From contig JAIPIY010000001.1 in NCBI GenBank assembly GCA_021734445.1, positions 31,849 through 95,848 on the forward strand: a stretch of DNA of 64,000 bases. The letters run 5' to 3'. Source of the stretch: Minisyncoccota bacterium (GTDB lineage Bacteria > Patescibacteriota > Minisyncoccia > Phycocordibacterales > UBA1006). The notes below the pieces were generated by a model, which saw only the letters and a list, made by a program, of their open reading frames with translations, was not told where the DNA came from and did not search any database. Within the stretch, counting starts at the first letter, position 1, and every line of letters begins with the position of its first letter. Below, piece by piece: positions 38,312 through 48,667 of this stretch. Position numbers and translations under genes: made by a program.

Positions 38312-39457
38312 TTAAATAAAAATCCTTGGAATATTCATATTCACATGAATAGCAACACGTGTTGGGATTTCATAATTAATTGTATCTGCCCATGATGCAA
38401 ATTGTTCACTGGTAATTTCTCCATTACCCTGTTTTCCAAGGAGAACTATTTCATCTTCAAGCTTCACATCAGGAATGTCGGTTATGTCAATCACTATGTT
38501 ATTCATCGACACTCGCCCCAACAAAGGTGCCTGATGCCCATGCACCAGTACATATGATTTTCCTGATAATGACCGCGCATATCCATCAGAATATCCAATC
38601 GGAACCACCGCCATCGTAGTTGGCTTATCAGTCTGATAGGTACAACCATATCCAACAAATTTTCCTGCTGGAATTTTTTTTATCTGTGCAATACGCGCTT
38701 TCCAATTAAAAGCGGGTTGTAATTTAAAATCAGTATCCGGGAATTTTTTATGAAATGATGCTTTTAATATCTGAGAGGGCCACATACCATACAATGTGAC
38801 TCCAAATCGCACCATATCAAAATGTGATTCTGGAAATAATAATGCGGCCCCAGCTGCAGCGCAATGTTTTATTAAATTCGTGAATCCTTTTTCTTCTAGT
38901 ATTTGCACTGCGGTATTAAATTCACCCAATTGTTCTTCGTAATATTCGGGATGCGTAGTATCTTCGATATTGGCAAAATGCGTCGAGATGCCTTCGATAA
39001 TAATATTTTTGTATTGTAAAAGATAATCAATAAAATCAGGTAATTCGGAAATTAATACACCCTGACGATGAGTTCCTGTTTCAACTTTGATATGCACACG
39101 CACATCAGTATCTAATTTCCCCAATGCATCCAATGTTTCGTTATTATAAACAATCATTCGACAATCCAATTTTGGAATGCGTGGTATATCCACCAATGCA
39201 ATATATCCAATGATATATATTGGCGCTGTAATTCCTGCATCACGCAACACCTGTGCTTCTTCGATACTGTGTACAGCCAGCCAATCTGCCCCAGCATCAA
39301 GAAAAATCTTTGCACATGGCACAATACCGTGACCATAGGCATTTGCTTTTACCACGGCACATAGTTTTGTTTTTGGAGAAAGTATTTTTTTACAAGCTCT
39401 GGTATTGTGTACCAAAGCTTGTGTATCAATTTCTACCCAAGAAAGTTTTTCTGACAT
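38312..39457 (-). CDS. alr: Alanine racemase
   Basis: PLP-lysine motif AVVKANAYGHG. 381 aa, with the C-terminal beta domain. Confidence 0.9.
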   Translation of the reverse strand: MSEKLSWVEIDTQALVHNTRACKKILSPKTKLCAVVKANAYGHGIVPCAKIFLDAGADWLAVHSIEEAQVLRDAGITAPIYIIGYIALVDIPRIPKLDCRMIVYNNETLDALGKLDTDVRVHIKVETGTHRQGVLISELPDFIDYLLQYKNIIIEGISTHFANIEDTTHPEYYEEQLGEFNTAVQILEEKGFTNLIKHCAAAGAALLFPESHFDMVRFGVTLYGMWPSQILKASFHKKFPDTDFKLQPAFNWKARIAQIKKIPAGKFVGYGCTYQTDKPTTMAVVPIGYSDGYARSLSGKSYVLVHGHQAPLLGRVSMNNIVIDITDIPDVKLEDEIVLLGKQGNGEITSEQFASWADTINYEIPTRVAIHVNMNIPRIFI

Positions 39458-39491
39458 GTATAGCAGTATACCAAATTTAATAAGAAACCCA

Positions 39492-40250
39492 CTATTTCTT
39501 TCCCAAAAGAATACGTTCCGCTATATCACGATGTTCCGGGGTGTTAACTCCTATCCCTTCTTCTGGTGTTATTGGAGATGATGTGACTATTTGACCTTCT
39601 AATACTGCGATGGAAACAAATTTAGTAAGATAATATTCACCAGCGATATTATTATTATCAATACTAGGTAATCGATCACACATCCAACGTGTATCAAAAC
39701 AAAAATAGTTAGGATTCACTTCTTTTATATTTAATTGATCTACCGATGAATCTTTTACTTCGATAATTTGCTGTATATTTCCGTTAGTATCACGAATAAT
39801 GCGACCCCAACTTTCAAATGGCGTATACCAATCACCATACGATGGAACAGTAACAACACCTAATGTAATGGTAGCTTTTTTGCTATCGTGTTCTTTCAAT
39901 AACCTCAAAAGCATATTAGCTGAAATAGTAGGATGATCTCCATTTAATACAATCGTTGGTTTTTTTAGATCCAATAGATGACATGCGGATTTTACAGCAT
40001 GAGCGGTCCCCAGCTGTTGTTCTTGGATCGCAAATTGATACGATTCGCCAATAATCTCTTTAAAGAAATCGATGTTATCAGGACTGACCACAATAATAGG
40101 ATTTTCACAAATTCCTGATTCTTGCACCGCTTCTAAAATATATTGAATCATCGGTTTTCCTGCAACTTCTAAAAGAGGCTTTGGCCGGTCTGCATTCATG
40201 CGTTTTCCATGACCCGCTGCCATGATGACGATATTTACTTTATTTTCCAT
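39492..40250 (-). CDS. Sugar-1-phosphate nucleotidyltransferase (GlmU N-terminal-domain-like)
   Basis: VIMAAGHGKRMNADRPKPLLEVAGKPMIQYILE, a G-x-G-x-R nucleotide-binding loop. 252 aa, no acetyltransferase domain. Confidence 0.6.
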   Translation of the reverse strand: MENKVNIVIMAAGHGKRMNADRPKPLLEVAGKPMIQYILEAVQESGICENPIIVVSPDNIDFFKEIIGESYQFAIQEQQLGTAHAVKSACHLLDLKKPTIVLNGDHPTISANMLLRLLKEHDSKKATITLGVVTVPSYGDWYTPFESWGRIIRDTNGNIQQIIEVKDSSVDQLNIKEVNPNYFCFDTRWMCDRLPSIDNNNIAGEYYLTKFVSIAVLEGQIVTSSPITPEEGIGVNTPEHRDIAERILLGKK

Positions 40251-40311
40251 ATAGGGACTATGATAGCAAAAAATAGGTCAAAAGTCACCCTTAGAAGAGC
40301 CAGGAAAAGGA

Positions 40312-43300
40312 CTATTCTGTAGTAGGTGCTTCGCCTGAATCACTACTTTCTGATTCCGAAGATTCTCCAGGTTGACCCTCATTTGAACTTTCCTCTGCTG
40401 ATTCTTTGGATTCATTAGATTCTTCTACTGTATCTTCTTGTGGTTCTTCATTTACATTTGATTCATCGGGTGCATTTCCAATATTTTCAGCGTTATCAGT
40501 ATCATCAGTATCATCAGTGTTTACATTTGATTCATTTGAAGTATTTTCAGTAGTATCATCTATTATTTCAGATTCATTATTTTCTTCATCCGAGCCATTT
40601 GCATCATCTATATCATCTGTATTATCAGAAGAAGAATTGTAATATATGGTAGAAATATTTTGATTTTGTAGTAATTGTTGTAACTGATCTTTTGTTACAC
40701 AAACATCTTCGATACAAAGCTCGTTAGTTTGAACTTTGTCAGATCGAATTATTTGTACAAACAATTCGCCTATTCCATTCCCCGCATCAGCAAACCAGTT
40801 TCGGATTCTTGAAAGAAATGTTTCATCTGAAAGATTTTGAATATCCAATATTTTCAAGTCAATTTCTTTGATTGCAGCAACAAGTACAGGTGTAATTTGT
40901 GAATAATAAACAGATTTGAGACCTTTTTCATTAGTTGCTACAAGTTCTGGGAAATATTGCTCAAGGTCTTGAGCAAGGAATCCAATTTGTGCATCTGTAT
41001 TTGGTCTGTCATTCCAGTTATACGTAACAGTTTTTAGTTGGAGTACTTTATCTAAGATATTTGTCATATCTTCGATATTTGTTTTTAATCGTTCATCTGA
41101 TGAACATGCGATACCGGTACCGGTGGTAATAGTACACTCTGTAGTGGCTGCTTGGATGCGTACGGATTCAATTGATCCTGTTGCCAAGGTTGAACCAATC
41201 ATGAGTTGATTAGTTGCTGTGTTAGTTGCCCCTTTACCCAATGCGATACTGTTAGAGAATCCTCCGGTTGAAGTGTCGTCACCGATTAAGATAGAGTGGA
41301 AATCTGCGGTGAAGTTGTTAAGGGTAAAGTCTGCTGTTTTATATCCTGCATTGTTTCCAATGAAGATGGAGTTGTTAGAGTTTTGAGAGCCGGTGTCTAC
41401 TCCATTGGATGCTCCAGCAAGATAGCCAATGAAGGTGGAGTTGTATGAGTTAGCCGCCGCAGAGCCAGCATTTTGTCCAAAGAAATTTGAATTAGAAGCA
41501 GAGGTTGCCGAAGCACCAGCATTCTGCCCAAAGAAGTTTGAGTTATTAGCATCGGTTGCCGAACTACCAGCGAAGGTACCAAAGAAGTTTGAGTTATTAG
41601 CATTAGCTGAAAAATTTCCTGAATATTCTCCAAAAAAATTTGAATGATAAACACTTGAAGAACTCGCCCCAGCAAAACGACCCAAAAAATTTGAATGGTG
41701 TGCATTAGTTGAATTTTGACCAGCATATTGACCTAAAATAATATTACCACCTGAACTAGTCGATCCCTGCTCCGCTCCTGTTAGTCCAGAAGAATATAGG
41801 GTATTACCTGCTGTTCCAACAGAAATTGGAGAAGATGTTTGTGCCGCCCAACTCATCACCCCTGCATTAGTTGATGAAAGTACATATCCATTTGTCCCAG
41901 GATATGCTGTTGGTAAAGTATATGATTCACCTTGGAATTTCCACGTAGTAATACTGTCTGGAAGTGCAAATTGGTTTGAAGCAGCGATAGCGCCGAAACC
42001 GAGAGCAATGGCATTCGAGGTATTACCTGTTGAAACATCTGCAAATGAACCGATAAGTGTGTTATTTATACCGGTAAGATTAGTGTACCCCGTACGATAT
42101 CCTAAAGCAGCATTATCAGACCCAGAAATAGTTTGAGAAAGTGATTGAAACCCATTAGCCGTGTTTCGGTTATTTGTTACTGCTTCAAGTGCTGCGTATC
42201 CAAATGCTGTGTTAAAAGACCCTGTTTGATTAAAGGCTATAGTTTGGTAACCATGCCCTGTATTATATTCACCGGTTGTGTTTGAAAATAATGACTTATA
42301 ACCAGTAGCAGTATTAAAAGACCCTGTGGTATTAAAACGAAGAGCGTAGGCTCCATGTGCAGTATTATAAAACCCTGTGGTATTAGCAAAAAGCGATTCC
42401 AGCCCAGTTGCAGTATTATTATTCCCTGTAGTATTAGAATACCCTGACTGATATCCAATAAATGTATTAGCATTTGGTCCAGAGTTATTTAACCCTGCAT
42501 CTATCCCTAGAAATGTATTGTTATTTTCGGTAAGACCCGTAAGTGATGTAGTTGTTTCCCACGATAATTGCCCAGCCCCATCAGTAGTCAAAATTTCTCC
42601 ATTCCCACCATCAGCTCGTGGGAATGTGTACCCTGAGGTTCCATCAAAATCAAATGTTATTCCAGAAGCATAATTTAAAAGTATCTTGGAATAATCTCCA
42701 GTGGAAGAATTACCCGCATTTAAATCAAAACCATCCTCTGTTATAGTAAATACATTTTGCATATCATCTCCGAATGAATCTTCTACCTGGAGTCGCATTT
42801 CGATACTCTCAGGTTCAAAGCTAGCAAATGAAAGGTAATTATTATCAAAATCAAGATATCCAACAAGTGTTGTTTGATCAGACAACCCAACACCACTGGC
42901 ATCTCCATTAAAAATGAGATTCATACCAGCAGATGGTCCACTATCGGGAACGTGTATCATCCCAGAACCAATGAAAAATTCATTTTCTAAAACATCATCT
43001 ACGAATACACCTGTGATATATCCAGGAACTAATGTTGCTGTTCCTACAAGGAAACGATCCTCATTTCGGAAGAATAATTCATCCGTCGTAATATCCCCAT
43101 TCCCATCTAAATACAAAACACTGTTTGGATCTAATCCGTCATACAGACTAATAGCACATGCTGGATCGGTTGGACCAGTACACAGAGTGTCCCCTACAGG
43201 ATCCAATGTTTCTCCTGGTGCAATAGCAGAAACCACAATACCACCATAGATAGTGAGAGCGACTACAACAAACAAAAAGAGACTATATTTTTTACATACT

Positions 43301-43314
43301 TCAAAAAATTTCAT
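40312..43314 (-). CDS. Giant secreted tail-fibre-like repeat protein with C-terminal peptidase-S74 intramolecular-chaperone domain and acidic tail
   Basis: Signal peptide (MKFFEVCKKYSLFLFVVVALTIYG; start at the internal Met). About 40 short NT..G/NTA.G repeats (NTATGLESLFANTTGFYNTAHGAYALRFNTTGSFNTATGY...). C-terminal SSDERLKTNIEDM...VTYNWNDRPNTDAQIGFLAQDLEQYFPELV matches the endosialidase/tail-spike S74 auto-cleaving chaperone domain. Terminal ~110 aa are D/E/S/N-rich. Confidence 0.6.
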   Translation of the reverse strand: MKFFEVCKKYSLFLFVVVALTIYGGIVVSAIAPGETLDPVGDTLCTGPTDPACAISLYDGLDPNSVLYLDGNGDITTDELFFRNEDRFLVGTATLVPGYITGVFVDDVLENEFFIGSGMIHVPDSGPSAGMNLIFNGDASGVGLSDQTTLVGYLDFDNNYLSFASFEPESIEMRLQVEDSFGDDMQNVFTITEDGFDLNAGNSSTGDYSKILLNYASGITFDFDGTSGYTFPRADGGNGEILTTDGAGQLSWETTTSLTGLTENNNTFLGIDAGLNNSGPNANTFIGYQSGYSNTTGNNNTATGLESLFANTTGFYNTAHGAYALRFNTTGSFNTATGYKSLFSNTTGEYNTGHGYQTIAFNQTGSFNTAFGYAALEAVTNNRNTANGFQSLSQTISGSDNAALGYRTGYTNLTGINNTLIGSFADVSTGNTSNAIALGFGAIAASNQFALPDSITTWKFQGESYTLPTAYPGTNGYVLSSTNAGVMSWAAQTSSPISVGTAGNTLYSSGLTGAEQGSTSSGGNIILGQYAGQNSTNAHHSNFLGRFAGASSSSVYHSNFFGEYSGNFSANANNSNFFGTFAGSSATDANNSNFFGQNAGASATSASNSNFFGQNAGSAAANSYNSTFIGYLAGASNGVDTGSQNSNNSIFIGNNAGYKTADFTLNNFTADFHSILIGDDTSTGGFSNSIALGKGATNTATNQLMIGSTLATGSIESVRIQAATTECTITTGTGIACSSDERLKTNIEDMTNILDKVLQLKTVTYNWNDRPNTDAQIGFLAQDLEQYFPELVATNEKGLKSVYYSQITPVLVAAIKEIDLKILDIQNLSDETFLSRIRNWFADAGNGIGELFVQIIRSDKVQTNELCIEDVCVTKDQLQQLLQNQNISTIYYNSSSDNTDDIDDANGSDEENNESEIIDDTTENTSNESNVNTDDTDDTDNAENIGNAPDESNVNEEPQEDTVEESNESKESAEESSNEGQPGESSESESSDSGEAPTTE

Positions 43315-43348
43315 ATGACTATAGTATAGCATGTTTTTTTTAAAAAGA

Positions 43349-44689
43349 TTACAGAATTTTATGAATCCAATCTTGTGCTTGTTCTTTTGTTGGAGCTTCG
43401 GCAAAAAACCGAACAATAGGTTCTGTGTTTGATGCCCTAACATGCAACCAACCGTTGTCAAAATTCACCTTGATACCATCAGTTTCATCTATAGAGAATT
43501 CTGAAAATATTGTTTTCACTTTTTCAAGATACATTTCAACTTCCTGTCGTGAAGAAACTTCTATTTTGTCTTTTACAATTTCATATTTGGGAATTTCAGC
43601 AACCAATTCGGATAACGTTTTTCCTGTTACCGCAAGCATTTCTAAAATTAATGCAATACCCACATAAGAATCCCGAACATATCCAATTTCTGGCCAAATA
43701 ATACCACCATTCCCTTCTCCACCGAACACAGCCTGATTTTCTACCATTGCATTCGCGACATGAATTTCTCCAATTTGCGTTCGCATGATTTTGCAACCAA
43801 ATTCATTTGCGACATCATCAAACATTTTTGATGTCGAAAGATTTGCAACTACTGGACCCCCTTGTTTTTCTGTACGTGTTTGCAAATAATGACGCATTGC
43901 CAATACTAATGTATATTCTTCCCCAATGGGATTTCCCTTCTCGTCAACAATGGCCAACCTGTCCGCATCAGGATCCTGGGCAAAACCAACCTGTGCACCA
44001 GTTTCGCGAACCTTTTGACCCAATACATCTAAAAATTCTGGCAACGGTTCTGGGTTTCGTTCAAATTCTCCCTCTATTTTTTCATGCAGATATATTGCGT
44101 CAATACCCAATTGCGCCATCATGTATGCATCCGCGTCAATCCCCGCCCCATTTCCCATATCTATAACAGTTGTTAATTTTGCATTTTTTATTACATCCAC
44201 CTGAACATGTTTCAAAATCTTATCAATATGATTTTTACCAGCGTCATCTTTTTTTACAACAGAGCCAGGTGTAGTATCCAACAAAGGATTCTCGCCAGAT
44301 TCATATTGTTTGATAATCTGATTCATAACAGATGGGTCTAAAAATAATCCAAGAGGGGTAAAAAACTTTAATCCATTCCAGGGTGCAGGATTATGACTGG
44401 CGGTGATCATAATACCAGCATCAGCGGATTCTGTGCGAACAGTAAATGCTAATGTAGGAGTTGCGGTGATCCCACAATGAATCACCGTGCAACCATATTC
44501 CCGCAATACACGTATTACAATTTCAGAAATCTCATTACGGCTTTTACGTGTATCAGTACCCAATATTACCTTTTTTGGTTTTACCACATCTAAAAATATT
44601 TTTATGATCTGTTCTGTGTTTTCAGGCAATAATGATTTACCCCAAATACCTCGAATACCTGAAATACCCAGCTTTAATGTGTTTTGCAT
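43349..44689 (-). CDS. Phosphohexomutase (phosphoglucosamine/phosphomannomutase)
   Basis: Active-site ITASHNPAPWNGLKF (phospho-Ser loop), metal-binding DPDADR, sugar-binding GEEYT-like loop. 446 aa. Confidence 0.85.
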   Translation of the reverse strand: MQNTLKLGISGIRGIWGKSLLPENTEQIIKIFLDVVKPKKVILGTDTRKSRNEISEIVIRVLREYGCTVIHCGITATPTLAFTVRTESADAGIMITASHNPAPWNGLKFFTPLGLFLDPSVMNQIIKQYESGENPLLDTTPGSVVKKDDAGKNHIDKILKHVQVDVIKNAKLTTVIDMGNGAGIDADAYMMAQLGIDAIYLHEKIEGEFERNPEPLPEFLDVLGQKVRETGAQVGFAQDPDADRLAIVDEKGNPIGEEYTLVLAMRHYLQTRTEKQGGPVVANLSTSKMFDDVANEFGCKIMRTQIGEIHVANAMVENQAVFGGEGNGGIIWPEIGYVRDSYVGIALILEMLAVTGKTLSELVAEIPKYEIVKDKIEVSSRQEVEMYLEKVKTIFSEFSIDETDGIKVNFDNGWLHVRASNTEPIVRFFAEAPTKEQAQDWIHKIL

Positions 44690-44747
44690 ATGTCATCATT
44701 GTACCAAGAAAAAACACCTCTTGCGAGATGTTTTTTCTTGATATCTA

Positions 44748-46490
44748 TTATCCTTCACAACTGATACATACATTTTCATCACCTGAAGAATTGTGCACTT
44801 TAATTTCTTCAGCATCTTTTTTCTTGTGCTCCATTTCTTGTAGTTTTTTACGTCCAAATTGTTGTGCAGCATTCATACTGTGTTGATAGTATAATGTTTT
44901 GATTCCTTTTTCCCATGCGTATAGATAGAGAGAATTTAAATCTTTAGTAGAGATAGTTGGATCAATCATAATATTCAATGACTGAGCCTGGTCGATATGT
45001 TTCTGACGTGCAGCAGCCTGGTCGATAATAATTTTTTGATCAATTTCACTAAACGTACGAAACACCATTTTTTCATGGTGAGTAAGAAAATCCAAATGCT
45101 GTACAGAACCATCATTGTCTCGAATATTATTCCATACATCAGTGGTGTTCATACCTTTTTCTTCTAACAGTGCTTCTAATGAAGGATTTTTTATTGTCAC
45201 TTTCATTTTATCAACATCTTTTACAAAGGCATTCGACATAAATGGTTCGATACTTTGTGATACTTGACCCAAAATAAATGCTGACGACGTTGTTGGAGCA
45301 ACAGCCAACAAGGTTGTGTTACGACGGCCATACCCTTTTAATATTTCTGGTTCGCCATATTCTTTTGCTAATTGCACCGATGCTGCATATGAACGTTCAT
45401 GAATAGTTTTAAATATTTCTTCGTTCAAATGCATTGCTTTGTCGCTTTCAAATGCAATATTATTTTCTTGCAGAAATGAATGCCATCCTAAAACTCCTAA
45501 TCCTAATGCACGATGTTCTTTTGCAAATTTATATGCTCGTTGCATAAAATAAAAAGCAGATTGTTTTTGCGGATCAGCACTGTCTCGTAGTGATTCCAAT
45601 CGAACCAAAAAGTCTGAAATAACGGTATCCAAAAACATAACCAATGTTTCCACCGCATCAGTATCTCTCCATTCGTTATAATGTTTTAGATTCATGGATG
45701 ACAAACAACATACAAATGAAATATCATCATTGGTTGGTAAACAGATTTCTGAACAAAGATTACTACCATGAATTTTCATTTCTTTGTCTTTGTATACATC
45801 AACCGTATTATTATTTACGGTGTCTGAAAAAAGAATATACGGATATCCAATTTCTGTTCTTCGTTGAATAACCTTTGCCCAAACTCTTCGTTTATCTTGA
45901 TCTCCATCAATCATGTCTTGTAACCAGTTGTCTGTAACGGTAACTGCATAGGTTGATTCTTGGATGGGGTGACCTTCTTTACCGATATCAAGAAATTCTT
46001 CGATATCACCATGTTCCAAAGGTAAATAAGGAGCAAAGTGCCCACGTCGGACAGTTCCCTGACTAACGATATTAATCAAATTATCAAACAATTCCATAAA
46101 ATGTACAGCCCCTGAAGAATGACCGTTGTCAGAAATAACTGAACCGCGAGGACGTAATCCAGCAAAATGACCAGCGGTTCCCCCACCATATTTTGTCATC
46201 ATACCTACTTCGGCATGGGTATACAAAATACGAGACATATCATCAGCAACATAACTAGAAAAACAACTAATTGGTAGACCACGAGTCAACCCGTAGTTTG
46301 ACCAAACAGGAGATGCCAAAGAATAAAATCCTTTGGACATATAATCATAAAATTTATCAGCAAATCCTGGTTTATTCAGATACTTTTCGGCAATATCTGC
46401 GATTTCTCGGATACGTTCTTCGGCAGTTACACCATCACGCAAATATCCTTTTGCTAAAAATTTTCTACTGTTTTCGTTAAGCCAATACAT
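44748..46490 (-). CDS. nrdA: Class I ribonucleotide reductase alpha subunit lacking an ATP-cone
   Basis: ISCFSS, GGGTAGHFAGLRPRGS, SSGAVHFM, NLCSEI (catalytic Cys/Glu) and a C-terminal CISCEG redox tail. Only 580 aa, with no N-terminal ATP-cone. Confidence 0.8.
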   Translation of the reverse strand: MYWLNENSRKFLAKGYLRDGVTAEERIREIADIAEKYLNKPGFADKFYDYMSKGFYSLASPVWSNYGLTRGLPISCFSSYVADDMSRILYTHAEVGMMTKYGGGTAGHFAGLRPRGSVISDNGHSSGAVHFMELFDNLINIVSQGTVRRGHFAPYLPLEHGDIEEFLDIGKEGHPIQESTYAVTVTDNWLQDMIDGDQDKRRVWAKVIQRRTEIGYPYILFSDTVNNNTVDVYKDKEMKIHGSNLCSEICLPTNDDISFVCCLSSMNLKHYNEWRDTDAVETLVMFLDTVISDFLVRLESLRDSADPQKQSAFYFMQRAYKFAKEHRALGLGVLGWHSFLQENNIAFESDKAMHLNEEIFKTIHERSYAASVQLAKEYGEPEILKGYGRRNTTLLAVAPTTSSAFILGQVSQSIEPFMSNAFVKDVDKMKVTIKNPSLEALLEEKGMNTTDVWNNIRDNDGSVQHLDFLTHHEKMVFRTFSEIDQKIIIDQAAARQKHIDQAQSLNIMIDPTISTKDLNSLYLYAWEKGIKTLYYQHSMNAAQQFGRKKLQEMEHKKKDAEEIKVHNSSGDENVCISCEG

Positions 46491-46516
46491 ATGTCTTTAA
46501 TATAAATAATGAATAA

Positions 46517-47818
46517 TTAAAATAAATCTTCGCTGGTAATACTCTTACTTTTTTTATTATAATTGATAGACCTCTTGTTAAAGAAATCCCCATGTTTTGT
46601 AGCAATTACCTCATCATAGAACCAATCAGACTCTTTCAAAAAAGTTGCATCGGTAGAAAAAATCTTCTGAATGCCAATACTTTCTAATGACCTATTAAAC
46701 CGATCTTTAATAAATTCCAGCACTACTACTTTTGACATAAAATCCAATTCCCCTTCTTCAAAAATCCATTCCACAACCCCTTTTTCTGCTTCAAATGCTT
46801 CATGGCACAGTTTAACAACCTGTTCATGAAATTCATCGTCAAACCATTCAGGATGTTCTTCTTTGATAATGAGAATTAAATCAATACCAAACAAACCATG
46901 AATTTGCTCTTCTTTTGATGTTGCCTCTACAGCATTTGAAATACCTTTAAATAAATTTTTGTGTTTATTAAAGGACATCATGATCAAGAACTGAGAAAAC
47001 AACGAAACATGTTCGATGAACAATGCAAACAATAAAATAGATTGACTATATTCCCGATTATCGTCACTGCGTGCATTTTTCAAAGCCTTATCAAGATATG
47101 AAACACGATTGATTAACGCAGGAAACTTTTGAATATTTTGAAATTCTTCATTTAACCCTAAAATTTCAAGCAGGTGTGCGTACGCATCTGTGTGACGCAC
47201 TTCACTTTCCGCAAAAGTTGCCCCCACTGCCCCTATTTCTGGTTTTGGCATTTTTTTGTACAAATCCCCCCAAAATGTTTTTACTGCAACTTCAATCTGC
47301 GCAATCGCAAGCATACAATTTTTGATCACATTTCTTTCTTTTTCACTCACGTTCACTCGGAAATCTTGGACGTCGCTTACAAAATTAAATTCTGTATGAA
47401 TCCAATAGGAATGTCGGATTGCATGCAAATATTCATATAATTCTGGATATTCGTAAGGTTTTAGATACACACGTTTTTTAAAGATATCTCTTTTTCTTTC
47501 TTGTGCACGTTGTTGACGATAGAGAATGTAGGATTTTGCTGTTTTTGCAAAATTAAGCTCGATCAATACCATTTCAACATAATCTTGGACTATTTCTACA
47601 TGAGAAATACAATCAGTAACACCCTGAGACACCGCAGATTCAAGTAATTTATCTACCACCCGCTCTGTTATTTTTTTTGCATCATCTTCACCGCCTTCCC
47701 CTACGGAATGCATTGCCTTCATGATTGCATGAGTAATACGATCCATATCAAATGGTACGATTTCGCCATTTCGCTTTTGGATGTTATCAAGAATTACTTT
47801 GGTTTTATCTAAAGACAT
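46517..47818 (-). CDS. nrdB: Ribonucleotide reductase beta subunit (NrdB) with an N-terminal ATP-cone
   Basis: N-terminal VILDNIQKRNGEIVPFDMDRITHAIMKA (ATP-cone). Ferritin-like core with ESEVRHTDAY (E-x-x-H plus the radical Tyr four residues later) and EEQIH (second ExxH). Confidence 0.8.
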   Translation of the reverse strand: MSLDKTKVILDNIQKRNGEIVPFDMDRITHAIMKAMHSVGEGGEDDAKKITERVVDKLLESAVSQGVTDCISHVEIVQDYVEMVLIELNFAKTAKSYILYRQQRAQERKRDIFKKRVYLKPYEYPELYEYLHAIRHSYWIHTEFNFVSDVQDFRVNVSEKERNVIKNCMLAIAQIEVAVKTFWGDLYKKMPKPEIGAVGATFAESEVRHTDAYAHLLEILGLNEEFQNIQKFPALINRVSYLDKALKNARSDDNREYSQSILLFALFIEHVSLFSQFLIMMSFNKHKNLFKGISNAVEATSKEEQIHGLFGIDLILIIKEEHPEWFDDEFHEQVVKLCHEAFEAEKGVVEWIFEEGELDFMSKVVVLEFIKDRFNRSLESIGIQKIFSTDATFLKESDWFYDEVIATKHGDFFNKRSINYNKKSKSITSEDLF

Positions 47819-47845
47819 ACAAGGATATACAAAATAAAAACTAAT

Positions 47846-47915
47846 AATGTGTGTATGAACGTTTTTTTAAATTCATCTCATCCGAACAGTGAACAATGTG
47901 TGTATACAGTATACA
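47846..47915. promoter_or_regulatory. Two copies of AATGTGTGTAT, one overlapping a 15-bp palindrome, upstream of nrdBA (candidate operator)
   Basis: AATGTGTGTATGAAC at 47846-47860 and AATGTGTGTATACAGTATACA at 47895-47915 (TGTATAC-A-GTATACA palindrome), 30-100 bp upstream of the nrdB start. Confidence 0.3.
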
Positions 47916-48065
47916 AAGGATGCAATCATACAACAAGTTTTTTGCTGTTTTTCTACCATTACGAAACGAAAACTACTACCAATCAAACGACACCCCAGAA
48001 AAATCCTACTCTCAGCCGTCAAATATGATTCTTGGTGAAAAAAATTCTTATACGGCAGATAAAAA

Positions 48066-48100
48066 ATAAAACCCTGTTACATCTAGTAAGCAGGGTTTTA
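48066..48100 (-). terminator. Terminator downstream of the VIT-family gene
   Basis: AAAACCCTG(C)TTA...TAACAGGGTTTT hairpin with flanking A/T runs. Confidence 0.4.
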
Positions 48101-48116
48101 TTTTTTATCTTTTTTA

Positions 48117-48650
48117 TTAAATTACCAATCCAGATAATAACGATCCAACACCATAAGCAACCAAAGCAGCAAAAGAACCGACAAATAATGTCTCAAATAT
48201 TGATGCAATAACACCATGTCCTGATATTTTACTTTTCAATAGACCTAATACAGCCAAAGTTAATGCAGTACATACCGATGCCATGGTAAAACTATCAAAT
48301 GCCAAACCTGGGAACCATCGTGCGACCAAAAAAACGATCAATGGCATAAACCCAAAGAAACAAAACGATAAAAACGTCGCCATACCATTTTTCAAAGGAA
48401 TCATAAAATGGGTTCTATCTTCTTTTGTTTCACCTGAAGCGCGTTCATAGTCTTCTTCTGCCCGTGAGGATAAATAATCCCCAGAACCCATAGAAACACC
48501 GTCGGCCAACAGATTTGCCAATCCAAGGACAATAATCAACCCTGCAGGGGCTCCTGCACCCACCGCACTGGCAATAACTGCAAATGTAGTAATAATTCCA
48601 TCAAGACCGCCATAGACGATGCTTTTAATATATTTTCCCAACATAGACAA
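48117..48650 (-). CDS. VIT1/CCC1-family iron/manganese transporter
   Basis: [19 protein letters not shown] and multiple TM helices. 177 aa. Confidence 0.6.
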   Translation of the reverse strand: MSMLGKYIKSIVYGGLDGIITTFAVIASAVGAGAPAGLIIVLGLANLLADGVSMGSGDYLSSRAEEDYERASGETKEDRTHFMIPLKNGMATFLSFCFFGFMPLIVFLVARWFPGLAFDSFTMASVCTALTLAVLGLLKSKISGHGVIASIFETLFVGSFAALVAYGVGSLLSGLVI

Positions 48651-48667
48651 AAAATTTAAGATAATAA

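Noticed and set aside
40312-43314. Prophage interpretation of the S74/tail-fibre-like gene
   Set aside because: No terminase, capsid, portal, integrase or other phage genes are nearby. The flanking genes are cell-wall and sugar metabolism. I treated it as a cellular fibre and recorded it as a finding.
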